A DNA stretch of 248,000 nucleotides from Hyalangium minutum (GCF_000737315.1 NZ_JMCB01000003.1:20001-268000); one strand, 5' to 3'; counted from the stretch's first letter, positions 21,365 through 33,672 are shown. Notes: generated by a model from the letters alone, not told the origin. Made by a program: numbers and translations.

Positions 21365-22390
21365 TCAAGCGCCCGAGGACGACATTCCCTCCAGCTGGCG
21401 GATGATGGTGGCCAGCGCCTCTGGGGACACCTTCGTCTCCGTGGACTTGTTGCGCAGCGCGGCCTCCGGCATCGACGGCACCAGGCACGTCTCCGGATCC
21501 TGGGCGAAGGTGAGCCCGCCCGCGCGCTTGATGGCCATCAGGCCCACCGCGCCCTCCTCGCCCATGCCGCTGAGCACCGCGCCCGCGGCGTGCTGGCCAT
21601 AGGCTCGGGACAGGGACGCCAGCAGCAGATCCCCCGAGGGGAACGTGGTGCCCGAGGCCTTCTCGATGACGATCTCGCCCTGGAGCCCCACGCGCAGGTG
21701 GTGGCCATCCGGGGCCAGGTACACGGTGCCCGGCCGAGGCTGCTCCGAGGCGCGAGCAATCTCCACCGGCAGCGGAGACAGCGAGGACAGCCAGCGGTGC
21801 AGGCCCACGGTGAAGCCCGGGGTGATGTGCTGAGCGATGAAGACGGGGTAGGGCAGGCTGCGCGGCAGCAGCCACAGCAGCGAGGCCAGCGCCGTGGGCC
21901 CGCCGATGGACGAGAACAGCCCAAAGCCACCGATGCGCCGGCCCGCGGGCAGCGGCGGCGGGTTGGCGTGGCCCTCACGGCGCTTGGTCACCAGCGGCAC
22001 CTCCGCCAGCAACCGGATGGCCGACAGCAGGCGTACACCAAAGCGCGCCACATCCTCGGGAGAGCCCTGCGGCTTGGCGATCACCTCCAGCGCTCCGGCC
22101 TGGAGCGCGCGGAAGGACAGATCCGTGTCCGGGGCGCCGGACACCATGAGGATGCGGCAGGGCGTCTCGGCCATGATGCGCTCGGTGGCGCCCAGGCCAT
22201 CCATGCCCGGCATCTGCACGTCCAGGGTGATGACGTCCGGCTTGAGGGAGCGCGCCAGGGCCACGGCCTCCTCGCCGTCGCGCGCAGTCCCCACCACGGT
22301 CACGTCGGGCTGTGCCGACAGCAGCCGGGTGAGGACCTGGAGCATGGTGGGGGAATCGTCGGTGAGGAGGACTTGGATGGGCTTGCTCAT
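21365..22390 (-). CDS. cheB: CheB-like protein, copy 3 (catalytic Asp substituted)
   Basis: REC; SSIGGP, QHI, GMGEEG. Confidence 0.85.
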   Translation of the reverse strand: MSKPIQVLLTDDSPTMLQVLTRLLSAQPDVTVVGTARDGEEAVALARSLKPDVITLDVQMPGMDGLGATERIMAETPCRILMVSGAPDTDLSFRALQAGALEVIAKPQGSPEDVARFGVRLLSAIRLLAEVPLVTKRREGHANPPPLPAGRRIGGFGLFSSIGGPTALASLLWLLPRSLPYPVFIAQHITPGFTVGLHRWLSSLSPLPVEIARASEQPRPGTVYLAPDGHHLRVGLQGEIVIEKASGTTFPSGDLLLASLSRAYGQHAAGAVLSGMGEEGAVGLMAIKRAGGLTFAQDPETCLVPSMPEAALRNKSTETKVSPEALATIIRQLEGMSSSGA

Positions 22391-22483
22391 GCGGTTCTCC
22401 GGAACTCTTTTCGGGGGAGGAATCTACCCCATGGGTGGGGTCCTCGCCTACGACCTACCATGTAACAGTGTAACCAACATGTA

Positions 22484-24697
22484 TCACCCGGCCTTGCGTT
22501 TCTTTTCACGCCGGGGACTGGCCTCAGGGGAAGGTGGCGAAGGGGGCAGGGCCGGCCGAGTCGAGGGGAAGGGCGTACCATCCGTGGGGCCGGTTTCTAC
22601 CCCCGGTACTTCCGCCGGGAGAGCGGGCAGGCGGATGACGAAGGTGCACCCCTCGCCGGGTTTGCTGTGCACGGCGATGCTCCCCCCGTGATTCTTGACG
22701 ATGCGCTGGCAGATGGCCAGCCCCAACCCTGTACCCTTTTCCTTCGTGGTGAAGAAGGGCACGAAGATGTGCTGTTGCTGGTCCAACGGAATCCCTGGCC
22801 CGGTGTCCGAGACGTGAACCTCGACGAACTCGTTGACGGTGCCGCCGCGGAAGTCTCCGAAGCGGTCCTGCTTCACGGTGCCCACGGTGATGCGCCCGCC
22901 CGGAGTCCCAATGGCCTGCACCGCGTTCTGGACCAGGTTGATGAGCACCTGCTTGAGCTGCTCTGCATCTCCGTCCACGCGCGGCGCCGTGAGGTCCAAC
23001 TGGACGGCCAGCTCGATCTGCTTGGGCACATCGTTCTGGATGAGGCGCATGGTGCGGGTCACCACCTCATTGAGGTCCGTCTGGCCAAAGTTTTGCTTCA
23101 GCGGCCGAGCGTAGTCCAGGAACGCCGTCACCACGCCATTGAGGCGGTTGACCTCTTCGACGATGACGCCCAGGAACTCGCCGTCCTCGCCCGGGAGCCG
23201 CTTCGGATCCAGGCACTGCGCCGCGCCCTTGATCGCCCCCAGGGGGTTGCGGATCTCGTGCGCCAGGCCCGCCGCCATCTCGCCCAGGGCCGCCAGGCGG
23301 TCGCGCTCGCGGATCTTTTCATACAGCTTGGAGTTCTCCAGCACCGTTGCCAGGCGCTCGGCCACCGTGAGGATGAGGGCGATCTCGTCCGAGGCGTAGG
23401 CCTCCGGCACGCGCTCGTCCCACAGGTTCAGGAAGCCGATCACCCGATCGTTGCCCACCAGCGGCACGGAGATGCCGGACTTCATCTGCAGCAGCGCGGC
23501 GCGCGTGTCCTGCAGGCGCTTGAGCTCGTCCCGGAAGCGCTTGCCCTCGGCCGCGTGCATTCGCAGCGCCGCCAGCCGCGTGTCCACGTTCTCCAGCAGC
23601 ACCGCCTTCTGCCCCGAGGCCGCCGCCAGCAGCAGGCCGCGCGCCGCCGCCGTGTCCAGGAAGCCCTCGGGCGGAGGGCCGCGTGAGTCCAGCAGCCGGT
23701 AGCCCGGACGATCCTCCGCCATCATGTACACGGAGGTATGGGTGACGCGGCCCGTCTCGTGGAGCGCGTCCAGCACCATCCGCGTCACCTCGGAGATGTC
23801 GATCACCGTGGCCATGCGCGCCCGGAGGTTCCCGAGCACTCGCAGCAACTCGAAGCGCTCGCGGAAGAAGATGGCCACCACCTGCTCGTCCACCTTCACG
23901 CGCAGGGGCTCCATCAGGATGATGGTGACGAAGGCGGCCACCACCGTGTTGAAGACGAAGAGGCTCGCGTTCTCCTTCACCCACACGGTCAACACCGTGA
24001 AGACGGCGGCCAGGATGAAGGCCAGCACCGTCTGCGAGGCGATCTTCCCCAGCAGCTCGTGCAGGTCCATCAGCCGCAGCCGCAGCAGCGTCTGGGAGAG
24101 GAAGAACAGGTACATCGTGGAGAAGATGGGCCCCAGCGGCGGCAGGGGAATGTCGTAGCGCCGGCCCACGAGGTCCACGGCCGCGAGGACGATGGTGACG
24201 CCTGCGCCCAGGGCCAGGTACATCAGCCGCAGCCGCTCGATGCGCGATTGCTGGCTGCGCACCTGGTTGAGCAGCAAGCTCACCGAAGTCAGCAGGGTAC
24301 CGAGCACCCAGACGCTCACCGCCACGCGCGCCCAGTTCTGCTGCGCCAGCGGCGTCACCGCCACCGCCAGCCCGAACACGCCTGAGAGCAGGGCGAGCCG
24401 CCGGCCCTGCATATGGGCCTCTTTGCTGACGCCCAGGAACTCCAGGAAGAAAGAGACGGCTGACAGGGGGACAAGCGAGGCGAACAGGATGGTGGCGCCC
24501 ACCGCCGTTCTGGACACCCAGCCGGGCTCGGGGAAGATGCCCGCGAAGAACAGCGCCAGGTAGTACCCCGCCACCGTGAGGGCGAAGACGGAATACAGTG
24601 TCACCACCCGAGGGCGGCCCGGCCGCAAGAGCATGGCGAGCCCGAGCGCCAGGCCGACGAGGGATGCAAGCAGGGCGCTCTGAGTGCGGATGTCCAT
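22484..24697 (-). CDS. Multi-TM GAF sensor histidine kinase
   Basis: N-terminal TM bundle, GAF, AHEIRNPL, NLVQNA, GTGLGL. Confidence 0.92.
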   Translation of the reverse strand: MDIRTQSALLASLVGLALGLAMLLRPGRPRVVTLYSVFALTVAGYYLALFFAGIFPEPGWVSRTAVGATILFASLVPLSAVSFFLEFLGVSKEAHMQGRRLALLSGVFGLAVAVTPLAQQNWARVAVSVWVLGTLLTSVSLLLNQVRSQQSRIERLRLMYLALGAGVTIVLAAVDLVGRRYDIPLPPLGPIFSTMYLFFLSQTLLRLRLMDLHELLGKIASQTVLAFILAAVFTVLTVWVKENASLFVFNTVVAAFVTIILMEPLRVKVDEQVVAIFFRERFELLRVLGNLRARMATVIDISEVTRMVLDALHETGRVTHTSVYMMAEDRPGYRLLDSRGPPPEGFLDTAAARGLLLAAASGQKAVLLENVDTRLAALRMHAAEGKRFRDELKRLQDTRAALLQMKSGISVPLVGNDRVIGFLNLWDERVPEAYASDEIALILTVAERLATVLENSKLYEKIRERDRLAALGEMAAGLAHEIRNPLGAIKGAAQCLDPKRLPGEDGEFLGVIVEEVNRLNGVVTAFLDYARPLKQNFGQTDLNEVVTRTMRLIQNDVPKQIELAVQLDLTAPRVDGDAEQLKQVLINLVQNAVQAIGTPGGRITVGTVKQDRFGDFRGGTVNEFVEVHVSDTGPGIPLDQQQHIFVPFFTTKEKGTGLGLAICQRIVKNHGGSIAVHSKPGEGCTFVIRLPALPAEVPGVETGPTDGTPFPSTRPALPPSPPSPEASPRREKKRKAG

Positions 24698-24805
24698 GTT
24701 CGGGAGAACAGTCTAACCTGTGTCCACGTCCGGAAATTTTTTGAGTGGTCCCAGTTGTCCTCGGGCGTGCCCGAGCACATCCACCAGGGCTCAGTGTCCG
24801 CCCCC

Positions 24806-27226
24806 ATGAAATCCGCCCTTTCGCTGATTGCCCTCGTTTCTTTCGCGCAGCTGGCCTCGGCCCAGCCGGTGGCCGATGCCCCGGCCACGGCTCCGCAGCC
24901 GCGCACTGACGGCGCGCCGCCCGAGGCGCAGCTGCGTCCCCTCCCGGACACGGAGACGGCACCGCTGCCCCCCGGCTACGTGGAGATCTTCAACCCCGCG
25001 TTCCCGCTGCCCGTGGTGATGGCGCCTCCCGCCAAGAAGGAGGAGGCCAAGGCAGAGGTTCCGCGCGGCAAGGCCTACGGGCTGGACGAGCTGACGCCGT
25101 ACTTCGCCGCGGGCAAGAAGAAGGAGGCCAAGGCCGCCTTCGACAAGGGCTTCTACCTGAAGGCCCGGGAGCTGCTGCAGGACGAGGGCAACTCGGCGCC
25201 GGTGCGTTACCTGCGGGCGCTGAGCGCGGTGCGCGCGGGAGATGATGTCCGCGCGGCCAGCGAGATGGCCTCCCTGGCGGAGGACTACCCGGCGCTGCGG
25301 GATCGCTGCCTCACGCACGCGGGCATGGCGCTCGAGGATCTGAGCCGCTTCGACGAGGCGGCGAAGCTGCTCGACCAGGTGTCGCAGGACTCGAAGCTGT
25401 ACGTGGATGCGCGGCTGGCGCTCGGGCGCGTGCTGCGCAAGAAGAAGGACTACGACGGGGCCATGGCCGCGCTCACGCCGCTGGCGGATCGGCCCGCGCC
25501 GCTGTTCGGCCGCAACGTGGGTGCCGAGGCGCTCATGGCCATCGCCGACATCGCGGTGGAGAAGAAGGATCGCAAGCGCGAGCAGGAGGCGCTGTGGCGG
25601 CTGTGGTCCCTGTACCCGCTCTCGCCGCTGACCAAGCAGGCCGATCGTCGGCTCAAGGGCATCAAGCCCCCGGTGGACGCCCAGGTGGCGCGCGCCGAGC
25701 AGCTCATCGAGCTGCACCGCAACAAGCAGGGCCTCACGGTGCTGGAGCCGCTGCTGACTGCGCTGGCGCTGCCGGATCCGCTCGCCTGCCGCGCGCACTT
25801 CGCCTACGGCAAGGGCCAGCGCAAGGAGCGCAACCACACGAAGGCCATCTCCGTGCTCACGCCGGTGGTGGACAAGTGCCAGGATGCGGATCTGCTGCCG
25901 CGCGCCATGTACGTGCTGGGCTCCTCGCGCTCCATCGTGGACCAGAAGCGTGGCCCGGAGACGTACGAGCGGCTCGCGCGCGAGTTCCCCGGCCACTCCT
26001 TCGCGGACGACGCGCTGTTCTACGCCGCTGACCTGTACGTGAAGACGGATCGGCCGGGGCAGGCCCTGGAGCGGCTCCAGGAGCTGGAGAAGAACTATCC
26101 GCAGGGCGACTTCCTGGGCGAGGCGCTCTTCAAGGCGTACTGGATTGCACGCACCTCGAAGGTGCCGGACGGCGGGCTGCCCATCCTGGAGCGCATCGAG
26201 AAGCGCTTCGCTGACGCGGACGAGACGTACGACGTGGAGCGGGCCCAGTACTGGCGGGCGCGGACATTCCTGGAGCGCGGCAACAGCAAGGACGCCGTGG
26301 CCCTCTTCGAGCGGCTCGCGCTGGAGCACCCGGCCACGTACTACGGGCTGATGGCCCGTGCGCAGCTGGGCGAGATGGACAAGGAGCGCTTGGAGAGCAT
26401 CGGTCCGCAGCTGGTGTTCACCGCGGAGCGTGCCAGCCCGTGGCCTCTGCACACCGGTCCCGCCATGGAGAAGGATCCGCACTTCCTGGCGGCCGTGGAG
26501 CTGCTGCGCCTGGGCTTCCCCGAGGCCGTGTCCTCCGAGCTGCTCGCCGTCAACCGCAACGGCCTGCCCACCGAGCCCGTGCGGCTCATCGTTCATCTGC
26601 TCTCGATGGCGGGGGACCAGCGCGCGGCGCACGCCGTGGCGCGCGTGTCCCTGCGCAGGGATCTCAGCGGCCGCATCACTCCGGAGACGCGGCCGGTCTG
26701 GGAGATCGCCTATCCGAATGCGTACCGCGAGCTGATCGAGAAGCACACGAAGGAGGCCGGGGTGGAGCCGGATCTCCTGCAGGCGCTAATGCGCGAGGAG
26801 AGCGCGCTGGACCCCAAGGCCCTGTCGTGGGCGGGAGCGCTGGGGCTCACCCAGCTGATGCCCACCACGGCGAAGGCGGTCGCGCAACAGTTGAAGATCA
26901 AGCGCTTCCGCGTGGAGTCCCTGCTGGATCCGGACATGAACATCCGCATCGGCGCGCACCACCTGGGCGAGCTGGTGAAGAAGTTCGGCGGCAACGCGCC
27001 GTTCGCGGTGGGCAGCTACAACGCCGGCGCCGGAGCGGTGAACCGCTGGCGCTCCGAGCGCAGGGGCATGCCGCTGGATGCGTGGGTGGAAGAGGTGCCG
27101 ATCGCGGAGACGCGCGGCTACATCAAGCGCGTGCTGCGCTCCTACAACACCTACCAGCTCCTCTATGGCCGTCCGGCCAAGGCCTCTGCGGTGAAGTCCG
27201 CGGGCCTAGTACCGGGGGCTCGCTAG
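24806..27226 (+). CDS. TPR-containing lytic transglycosylase (Slt-like)
   Basis: Signal peptide, TPRs, SLT motifs MREES, GLTQLMPTTA, SYNAG, ETRGY. Confidence 0.9.
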   Translation: MKSALSLIALVSFAQLASAQPVADAPATAPQPRTDGAPPEAQLRPLPDTETAPLPPGYVEIFNPAFPLPVVMAPPAKKEEAKAEVPRGKAYGLDELTPYFAAGKKKEAKAAFDKGFYLKARELLQDEGNSAPVRYLRALSAVRAGDDVRAASEMASLAEDYPALRDRCLTHAGMALEDLSRFDEAAKLLDQVSQDSKLYVDARLALGRVLRKKKDYDGAMAALTPLADRPAPLFGRNVGAEALMAIADIAVEKKDRKREQEALWRLWSLYPLSPLTKQADRRLKGIKPPVDAQVARAEQLIELHRNKQGLTVLEPLLTALALPDPLACRAHFAYGKGQRKERNHTKAISVLTPVVDKCQDADLLPRAMYVLGSSRSIVDQKRGPETYERLAREFPGHSFADDALFYAADLYVKTDRPGQALERLQELEKNYPQGDFLGEALFKAYWIARTSKVPDGGLPILERIEKRFADADETYDVERAQYWRARTFLERGNSKDAVALFERLALEHPATYYGLMARAQLGEMDKERLESIGPQLVFTAERASPWPLHTGPAMEKDPHFLAAVELLRLGFPEAVSSELLAVNRNGLPTEPVRLIVHLLSMAGDQRAAHAVARVSLRRDLSGRITPETRPVWEIAYPNAYRELIEKHTKEAGVEPDLLQALMREESALDPKALSWAGALGLTQLMPTTAKAVAQQLKIKRFRVESLLDPDMNIRIGAHHLGELVKKFGGNAPFAVGSYNAGAGAVNRWRSERRGMPLDAWVEEVPIAETRGYIKRVLRSYNTYQLLYGRPAKASAVKSAGLVPGAR

Positions 27227-27259
27227 CGCGCGTGGCCCAGGTCTTCTAGACTCGGGCCC

Positions 27260-28650
<1,391 letters not shown>

Positions 28651-28654
<4 letters not shown>

Positions 28655-29244
28655 TCGAAAGTGCCGTCCTGGTTCTGAACCGGAACTACCAGCCTGTCCA
28701 CGTCACTTCCGTCAAGCGCGCCTTCTCCTTGCTGTACCAGGGCGTGGCCAAGGCCATTGACGACCAGTACCGGCTCTACGAGTTCGCCGACTGGGCCGCG
28801 CTGAGCGCCACCACCGACTGCATCACCACGGTGAACCGCTCCATCCGCGTGCCCCGCGTGCTGGTGCTCTCTGTCTACGAGTACCTCCCCAAGGGCCGGG
28901 TGCGCTTCTCACGTCTCAACATCTACGCGCGCGATCACGACACCTGCCAGTACTGCGGGCGCACCCTGCCTCGCTCGGAGCTGAACCTGGATCACGTGCG
29001 GCCTCGCTGTGACGGAGGCAAGACGACGTGGGAGAACGTTGTCTGCTCGTGCGTGCCCTGCAACCTGAGGAAGGGCGGGCGCACCCCGGAGCAAGCAGGG
29101 ATGAAGCTGCTGCGGAGACCTTTCCGCCCGAAGTGGACGCCGCTGTTCCGCGGAGCCATCCGGCGTGTCACCTACCGTGAGTGGTTGCCCTTCCTGAGGG
29201 TAGAGGACGCCTCTTACTGGAACGTGGAGCTGCTGGACGAGTAG
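28651..29244 (+). CDS. HNH endonuclease (McrA-like)
   Basis: RDHDTCQYCG..LNLDHVRP..WENVVCSCVPCN. Confidence 0.9.
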
Positions 29245-29386
29245 CGCGGCCCCGGTCCTCTGGGGCCGAGTGTGGCCGATTTTTCTCCGAGTGGGTCCCC
29301 GAGGGGCACGGATGCGTCCGTGCTCCAGACATCCGGGCCGAGGCTCGCCCCCCATGGCGAGCCCTGCGGCAGGGAAGGGGACACAC

Positions 29387-31039
29387 GTGAAACAGAATCG
29401 GTTGCTGATGCTGGGCGCGCTCGCGATCGTCTTCAGCCTCGTGGGCTGTGACTGCGGCGGCGGAGATTCGAAGCCTCCCATCGAGGAGCCGGACGGCGGT
29501 ACCACTCCCTCGGATGGGGGAACGGACATCCCCGACGGAGGCCCCGGCTCGGTGTGCCTGGCGCAGGGGGCGGCGTGCAGCCGGACCTCGGGGGCCCAGT
29601 GCTGTAACGGCGTGTGCGGCGCGGACAATGTGTGTCCGGCGCCCAATGAGCTCTGCAAGAGCCCCAACGAGGTCTGCCAGACGGGCGGCGAGTGCTGCAC
29701 CAATATCTGCTCGAACGGCAAGTGTGCCTCCAACCTGTGCAAGGACGTGGGCCAGGCCTGCGCCACCGCCGAGGACTGCTGCACCAAGACATGCACCGGC
29801 GGCACGTGTGCGAACGTCCCCGGCAACGTCTCCAGCTGCAAGGTGCTGGGCCAGGCTTGCGCCTCGGGCGCGGAGTGCTGCTCCACCAACTGCCAGGGCG
29901 GCGTGTGCACCCGCGCCTATACCTGCAAGGCCTACGGGGACGTGTGCCTCACGGACGCGGAGTGCTGCGGCCAGTCGTGCTCCTCGCCGGACGGTGTCAC
30001 GGCGGGCCGCTGCGAGTTCATCACCGGCGGTGGTGGCGGTGGCTGTCGGCAGGACGGCAACCCGTGCTCGGGTGGCTCCGGGTGCTGCTCGCGCACCTGC
30101 GTGGATCTGGGCTACGGCGCCACGGTCTGCCAGCCCGTGGGGGGCTGCAAGCTCACGGGTAACGCCTGCAACGCGGCCAATGACTGCTGCGGCGGCGGGA
30201 CCAACCCCAACGGCTCGGTGACGTGCGCGGGGGGACGGTGCGACAACGGCCAGAGCTGCAACGGCGTGGGCAACATCTGCGGCTCCGGCAAGCTGCCGGA
30301 TGGTGGCACCACGGACATCAACGCCTCGCAGAACTGCTGCGACGGCCGCAAGAACGTCTGCAAGGTGGACTCCTCGGGCGTGCCCCGCTGCTTCGGCGGC
30401 GGCAGTACCCAGTGCCCTACGGGCTACACGGGCACCGCGCCGTGCTGCATCAACGATGGCCAGAACTGCCAGTTCTCCGACCAGTGCTGCGGTGACGCCC
30501 TCTGCCTGCCCAACGGCAGCGGCGGGCTGAGCTGCCAGCGGCCCACGTGCTCGCCGGTGGGGGCTCCCTGCACCTCCGAGGCTGGCGGCACCTCGGCCTG
30601 CTGCGCGGGCTCCAGCTGCTTGCCGGTGGACGAGCTCAACTTCGCCTGCCAGGCCCCCCGGCCGCCCACCAGCGGCACGGATGGCGGCACCGGCGGGACT
30701 CCGGACGCGGGGCCGGCGTGTAAGGCCAACGAGACGGCCTGCACCTCGCCCTCGCAGTGCTGCTCGGGCATCTGCACGGGCGGTCTGTGCAAGCCGCCCG
30801 CCCTGTGCCAGCCGCAGAACGGGGCCTGCACCTCGGGGGCGGACTGTTGCCAGGGGCTGCGGTGCGACGTGCCGTCCGGCTCCACGACGGGCACCTGCCA
30901 GCCGGGCGCCGCATGCTCGGCCAGCGGCCAGGCGTGCTCGCCCTCGGTGGGCTGCTGCTCCGGCCTCAGCTGCGAGACGGCCTCCGGGACCGCCTGCGAC
31001 GGCACCTCGGCGTGCCTCTGCATGGTGATCCTCAACTAG
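29387..31039 (+). CDS. Cysteine-rich repeat lipoprotein
   Basis: Lipobox LVGC; many CxxxGxxCxxxxxCC units. Confidence 0.8.
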   Translation: MKQNRLLMLGALAIVFSLVGCDCGGGDSKPPIEEPDGGTTPSDGGTDIPDGGPGSVCLAQGAACSRTSGAQCCNGVCGADNVCPAPNELCKSPNEVCQTGGECCTNICSNGKCASNLCKDVGQACATAEDCCTKTCTGGTCANVPGNVSSCKVLGQACASGAECCSTNCQGGVCTRAYTCKAYGDVCLTDAECCGQSCSSPDGVTAGRCEFITGGGGGGCRQDGNPCSGGSGCCSRTCVDLGYGATVCQPVGGCKLTGNACNAANDCCGGGTNPNGSVTCAGGRCDNGQSCNGVGNICGSGKLPDGGTTDINASQNCCDGRKNVCKVDSSGVPRCFGGGSTQCPTGYTGTAPCCINDGQNCQFSDQCCGDALCLPNGSGGLSCQRPTCSPVGAPCTSEAGGTSACCAGSSCLPVDELNFACQAPRPPTSGTDGGTGGTPDAGPACKANETACTSPSQCCSGICTGGLCKPPALCQPQNGACTSGADCCQGLRCDVPSGSTTGTCQPGAACSASGQACSPSVGCCSGLSCETASGTACDGTSACLCMVILN

Positions 31040-31081
31040 TCGTGCCGAGGAGTCGACGCGGAGGGCGGGACGGGTTTTGAT

Positions 31082-32098
31082 GTGGGCGCTTTGAAGCCCG
31101 CACCTGTTCCCTCCGCGTCGGTCTCTCCCACTCCTTCACCCATCCCCGGTCCGCCGGGGCTCTCCAAGCGCGCGCGCCCTCGGCGGGTCATCGCCGTGGG
31201 CGGCGGCAAGGGGGGCATCGGCAAGACGCTCGTGTCGGCCAACTTGGGCATTGCCCTGGCGCAGGCGGGCATGCGCGTGCTGCTGGTGGACGTCGACCTG
31301 GGCGGCGCCAACCTCCACACCTGTCTCGGGGTGGGCCAACCGAACGCGACGCTGTCGGACTTCGTCCGCAGCAGCAAGGTCCAGATCGAGGACATCATCA
31401 TCCCCACCGGTGTGCCCCAGCTGTCGCTGATCGCGGGCGCCCAGGACGCGCTGGACGCGGCCAACCTCAAGTACGCCCAGAAGCAGAAGCTGCAGCGCGC
31501 GCTCATGGCCCAGCAGGTGGACTACCTGCTGCTGGATCTGGGGGCGGGCACCAGCTTCAACACCCTGGATTTCTTCCTGATGGCGGACCACGGCGTGCTG
31601 GTGGTGCTGCCCGAGCCCACCGCCGTGGAGAACGCCTACCGCTTCGTCAAGGCGGCCTTCTTCCGCCGGCTGCAACAGGTGGAGGCGCAGTACGGCATCG
31701 AAGACCTGGTGGAGAGCGCTCTCACCACGCGCGAGGGGGCCCTGCGCACGCCGCATGACTTCATCGCTCAGGTGCGCCAGCATGATCCCAACGCGGGCGC
31801 CCGGCTGGAGCGGGATCTGCAGTCGTTCCGCATCCGCCTGGTGGTGAACCAGGCCCGCACGGACGCGGACATGAACGTGGGCACCGCGGTGGTGTCCGCT
31901 TGGAAGAAGTTCTTCGGCCTGGAGATGGATGAGCTGGGAGCCATCCGGTACGACGACGAGGCCTGGCGCGCGGTGCGCAAGCGCAGGCCCATCCTCCTCG
32001 AGCGTCCCGACTCGGCCGCCGCCCAGGGACTTCAGCGCATCGCTGCGCGTATCCTGACCCTCGATAGCCCCGGAAGCGCCGGGTTTTCCACGCCATGA
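31082..32098 (+). CDS. FlhG/MinD-like P-loop ATPase
   Basis: Deviant Walker A GGGKGGIGKT, DVDLGGANL, DLGAG, PEPTAVENAY. Confidence 0.88.
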   Translation: MGALKPAPVPSASVSPTPSPIPGPPGLSKRARPRRVIAVGGGKGGIGKTLVSANLGIALAQAGMRVLLVDVDLGGANLHTCLGVGQPNATLSDFVRSSKVQIEDIIIPTGVPQLSLIAGAQDALDAANLKYAQKQKLQRALMAQQVDYLLLDLGAGTSFNTLDFFLMADHGVLVVLPEPTAVENAYRFVKAAFFRRLQQVEAQYGIEDLVESALTTREGALRTPHDFIAQVRQHDPNAGARLERDLQSFRIRLVVNQARTDADMNVGTAVVSAWKKFFGLEMDELGAIRYDDEAWRAVRKRRPILLERPDSAAAQGLQRIAARILTLDSPGSAGFSTP

Positions 32099-33672
32099 AG
32101 CCTTTCGAGCAGCAGACCTATTACGAGCTCCTCGAGATCCCCGTCTCCGCGCCGGACGAGGAGATCCGCGCCGCTTACACCCGGGCCCTCGAGACGTACG
32201 CGCCTGACTCCGTCGCGGTGTACGCCCTGGTGGATCCTGGCCAGGTCGATGCTTTGCGCGCCCGGCTCACCGAGGCGATGGAGATCCTCACCGAGCCGGA
32301 CCTCCGCGCCGAGTATGACCGGATGATCGGCGTGAGCCGCGCCGACTCGAGTGCCGTGAAGGCCCTGACCCCCGCGCTGGCCGCGGCTGCTCAGTCCGTC
32401 CCGTCCCAGGAGACTTCCCAGCCTCCCGCCGCTCCAGCGCCCGAGGCCGCTCCTGCGGCGCAGACGCCCGCTTCCGCGGTGGTGGCGGCTCCCTCCGCGC
32501 CTGAGCCCGCCCCGGCGGCTGCTGCTTCGGCTGCTTCGGCTCCCACTCCCACCGCTTCGTCTGCCCCGGCCTCCACGCCTCCCCAGGCTGAGCCTGTCGC
32601 AGCCCCTGCGCCCGCTGCGCCTGCGGTTGCCGCACCCACGCTTGCCGTGCCCGAGGCTCCGTTGGGGATGCCGGGGATCGTCACGCCGAGCCAGGTCCAT
32701 GCGGCGTTCCGCAGCTATGCCATTTCGTATGTGCCCGTGCTGGTGCCCGCGCCCGCGCTGATCAGCACCGCGGTCGCCTCGCCGTTCGTGGCCTCGGGGC
32801 AGGCAGAGGCGGCACCTCCCGCACCGGAGGCACCGGCTGCCGCGCCCGCGGCTCCGGCTCCCGAGGCTGTCGCGGCCCGGGCCGTCGAGCCGGTACCTCC
32901 CGCAGCTGCTCCTGCGAGCACGGCCAGCGCAGCACCTCAGAGTGCAACGAGCACTCCCGCCGCCACGTCCGTTGCATCCTCTGAGCCTGCCGCTGTTTCC
33001 ACACCCGCCCCCGCGCCGGTGGCTGCCTCGCCAGCGCCTGCCCAGGTGCGGGTGAACGACGAGGACGAGGTCTCCGGAGTCCGGGCCCCGCTGCCCGAGC
33101 GGAAGGAGACGCCTGCCGCGGCCTCGCAGCCCACAGCCACGCCTCCCGCGCCGCCCGAGCGCCTCACGCGGCCTGTTCCCACGCCGCCGCCGCTGCCTCC
33201 CGGAGGCCGCCGCCCCGCGCGCCCGGCCGGCCCACCGACGCCCGTTCCCAGGGCTGACGCAGGGAAGGGGAGCGCGCGTCCGGGCTCGGGTCCGGGCATG
33301 GACCTCGAGGAGGCTCAGCAGATCGCCCAGGAGACCGCCATCGCCACGGCGGAGGCGGCGCTCGCCCAGGTGGCCGCCAAGGCGCGTGAGCCGAGGCCCA
33401 AGCCCATCGAGCTGCCCCCCAACACCGAGTTCAACGGCGAGGTGCTCCGGCAGGTCCGCGAGAGCCGGGGCCTGTCGCTCTCGCAGCTCGCCGAGCGCAC
33501 GCGCATCTCCAGCAAGCACCTGGAGAATGTCGAGGCGGACCGCTACACCGCGCTCCCCGCCACCGTGTACCTGCGCGGCATCCTCATGAACATCGCCCGC
33601 GAGCTCGGGTTGGATCCGCTCAAGGTCTCCCGGAGCTATCTGACTCTGGCCGCAGGGCCGAAGAAGAAGTAG
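32095..33672 (+). CDS. J-domain-like / Ala-Pro linker / Xre-HTH (RodZ-N-like) protein
   Basis: N-terminal YYELLEI J-like domain; C-terminal LRQVRESRGLSL..YLRGIL. Confidence 0.75.
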   Translation: MKPFEQQTYYELLEIPVSAPDEEIRAAYTRALETYAPDSVAVYALVDPGQVDALRARLTEAMEILTEPDLRAEYDRMIGVSRADSSAVKALTPALAAAAQSVPSQETSQPPAAPAPEAAPAAQTPASAVVAAPSAPEPAPAAAASAASAPTPTASSAPASTPPQAEPVAAPAPAAPAVAAPTLAVPEAPLGMPGIVTPSQVHAAFRSYAISYVPVLVPAPALISTAVASPFVASGQAEAAPPAPEAPAAAPAAPAPEAVAARAVEPVPPAAAPASTASAAPQSATSTPAATSVASSEPAAVSTPAPAPVAASPAPAQVRVNDEDEVSGVRAPLPERKETPAAASQPTATPPAPPERLTRPVPTPPPLPPGGRRPARPAGPPTPVPRADAGKGSARPGSGPGMDLEEAQQIAQETAIATAEAALAQVAAKAREPRPKPIELPPNTEFNGEVLRQVRESRGLSLSQLAERTRISSKHLENVEADRYTALPATVYLRGILMNIARELGLDPLKVSRSYLTLAAGPKKK

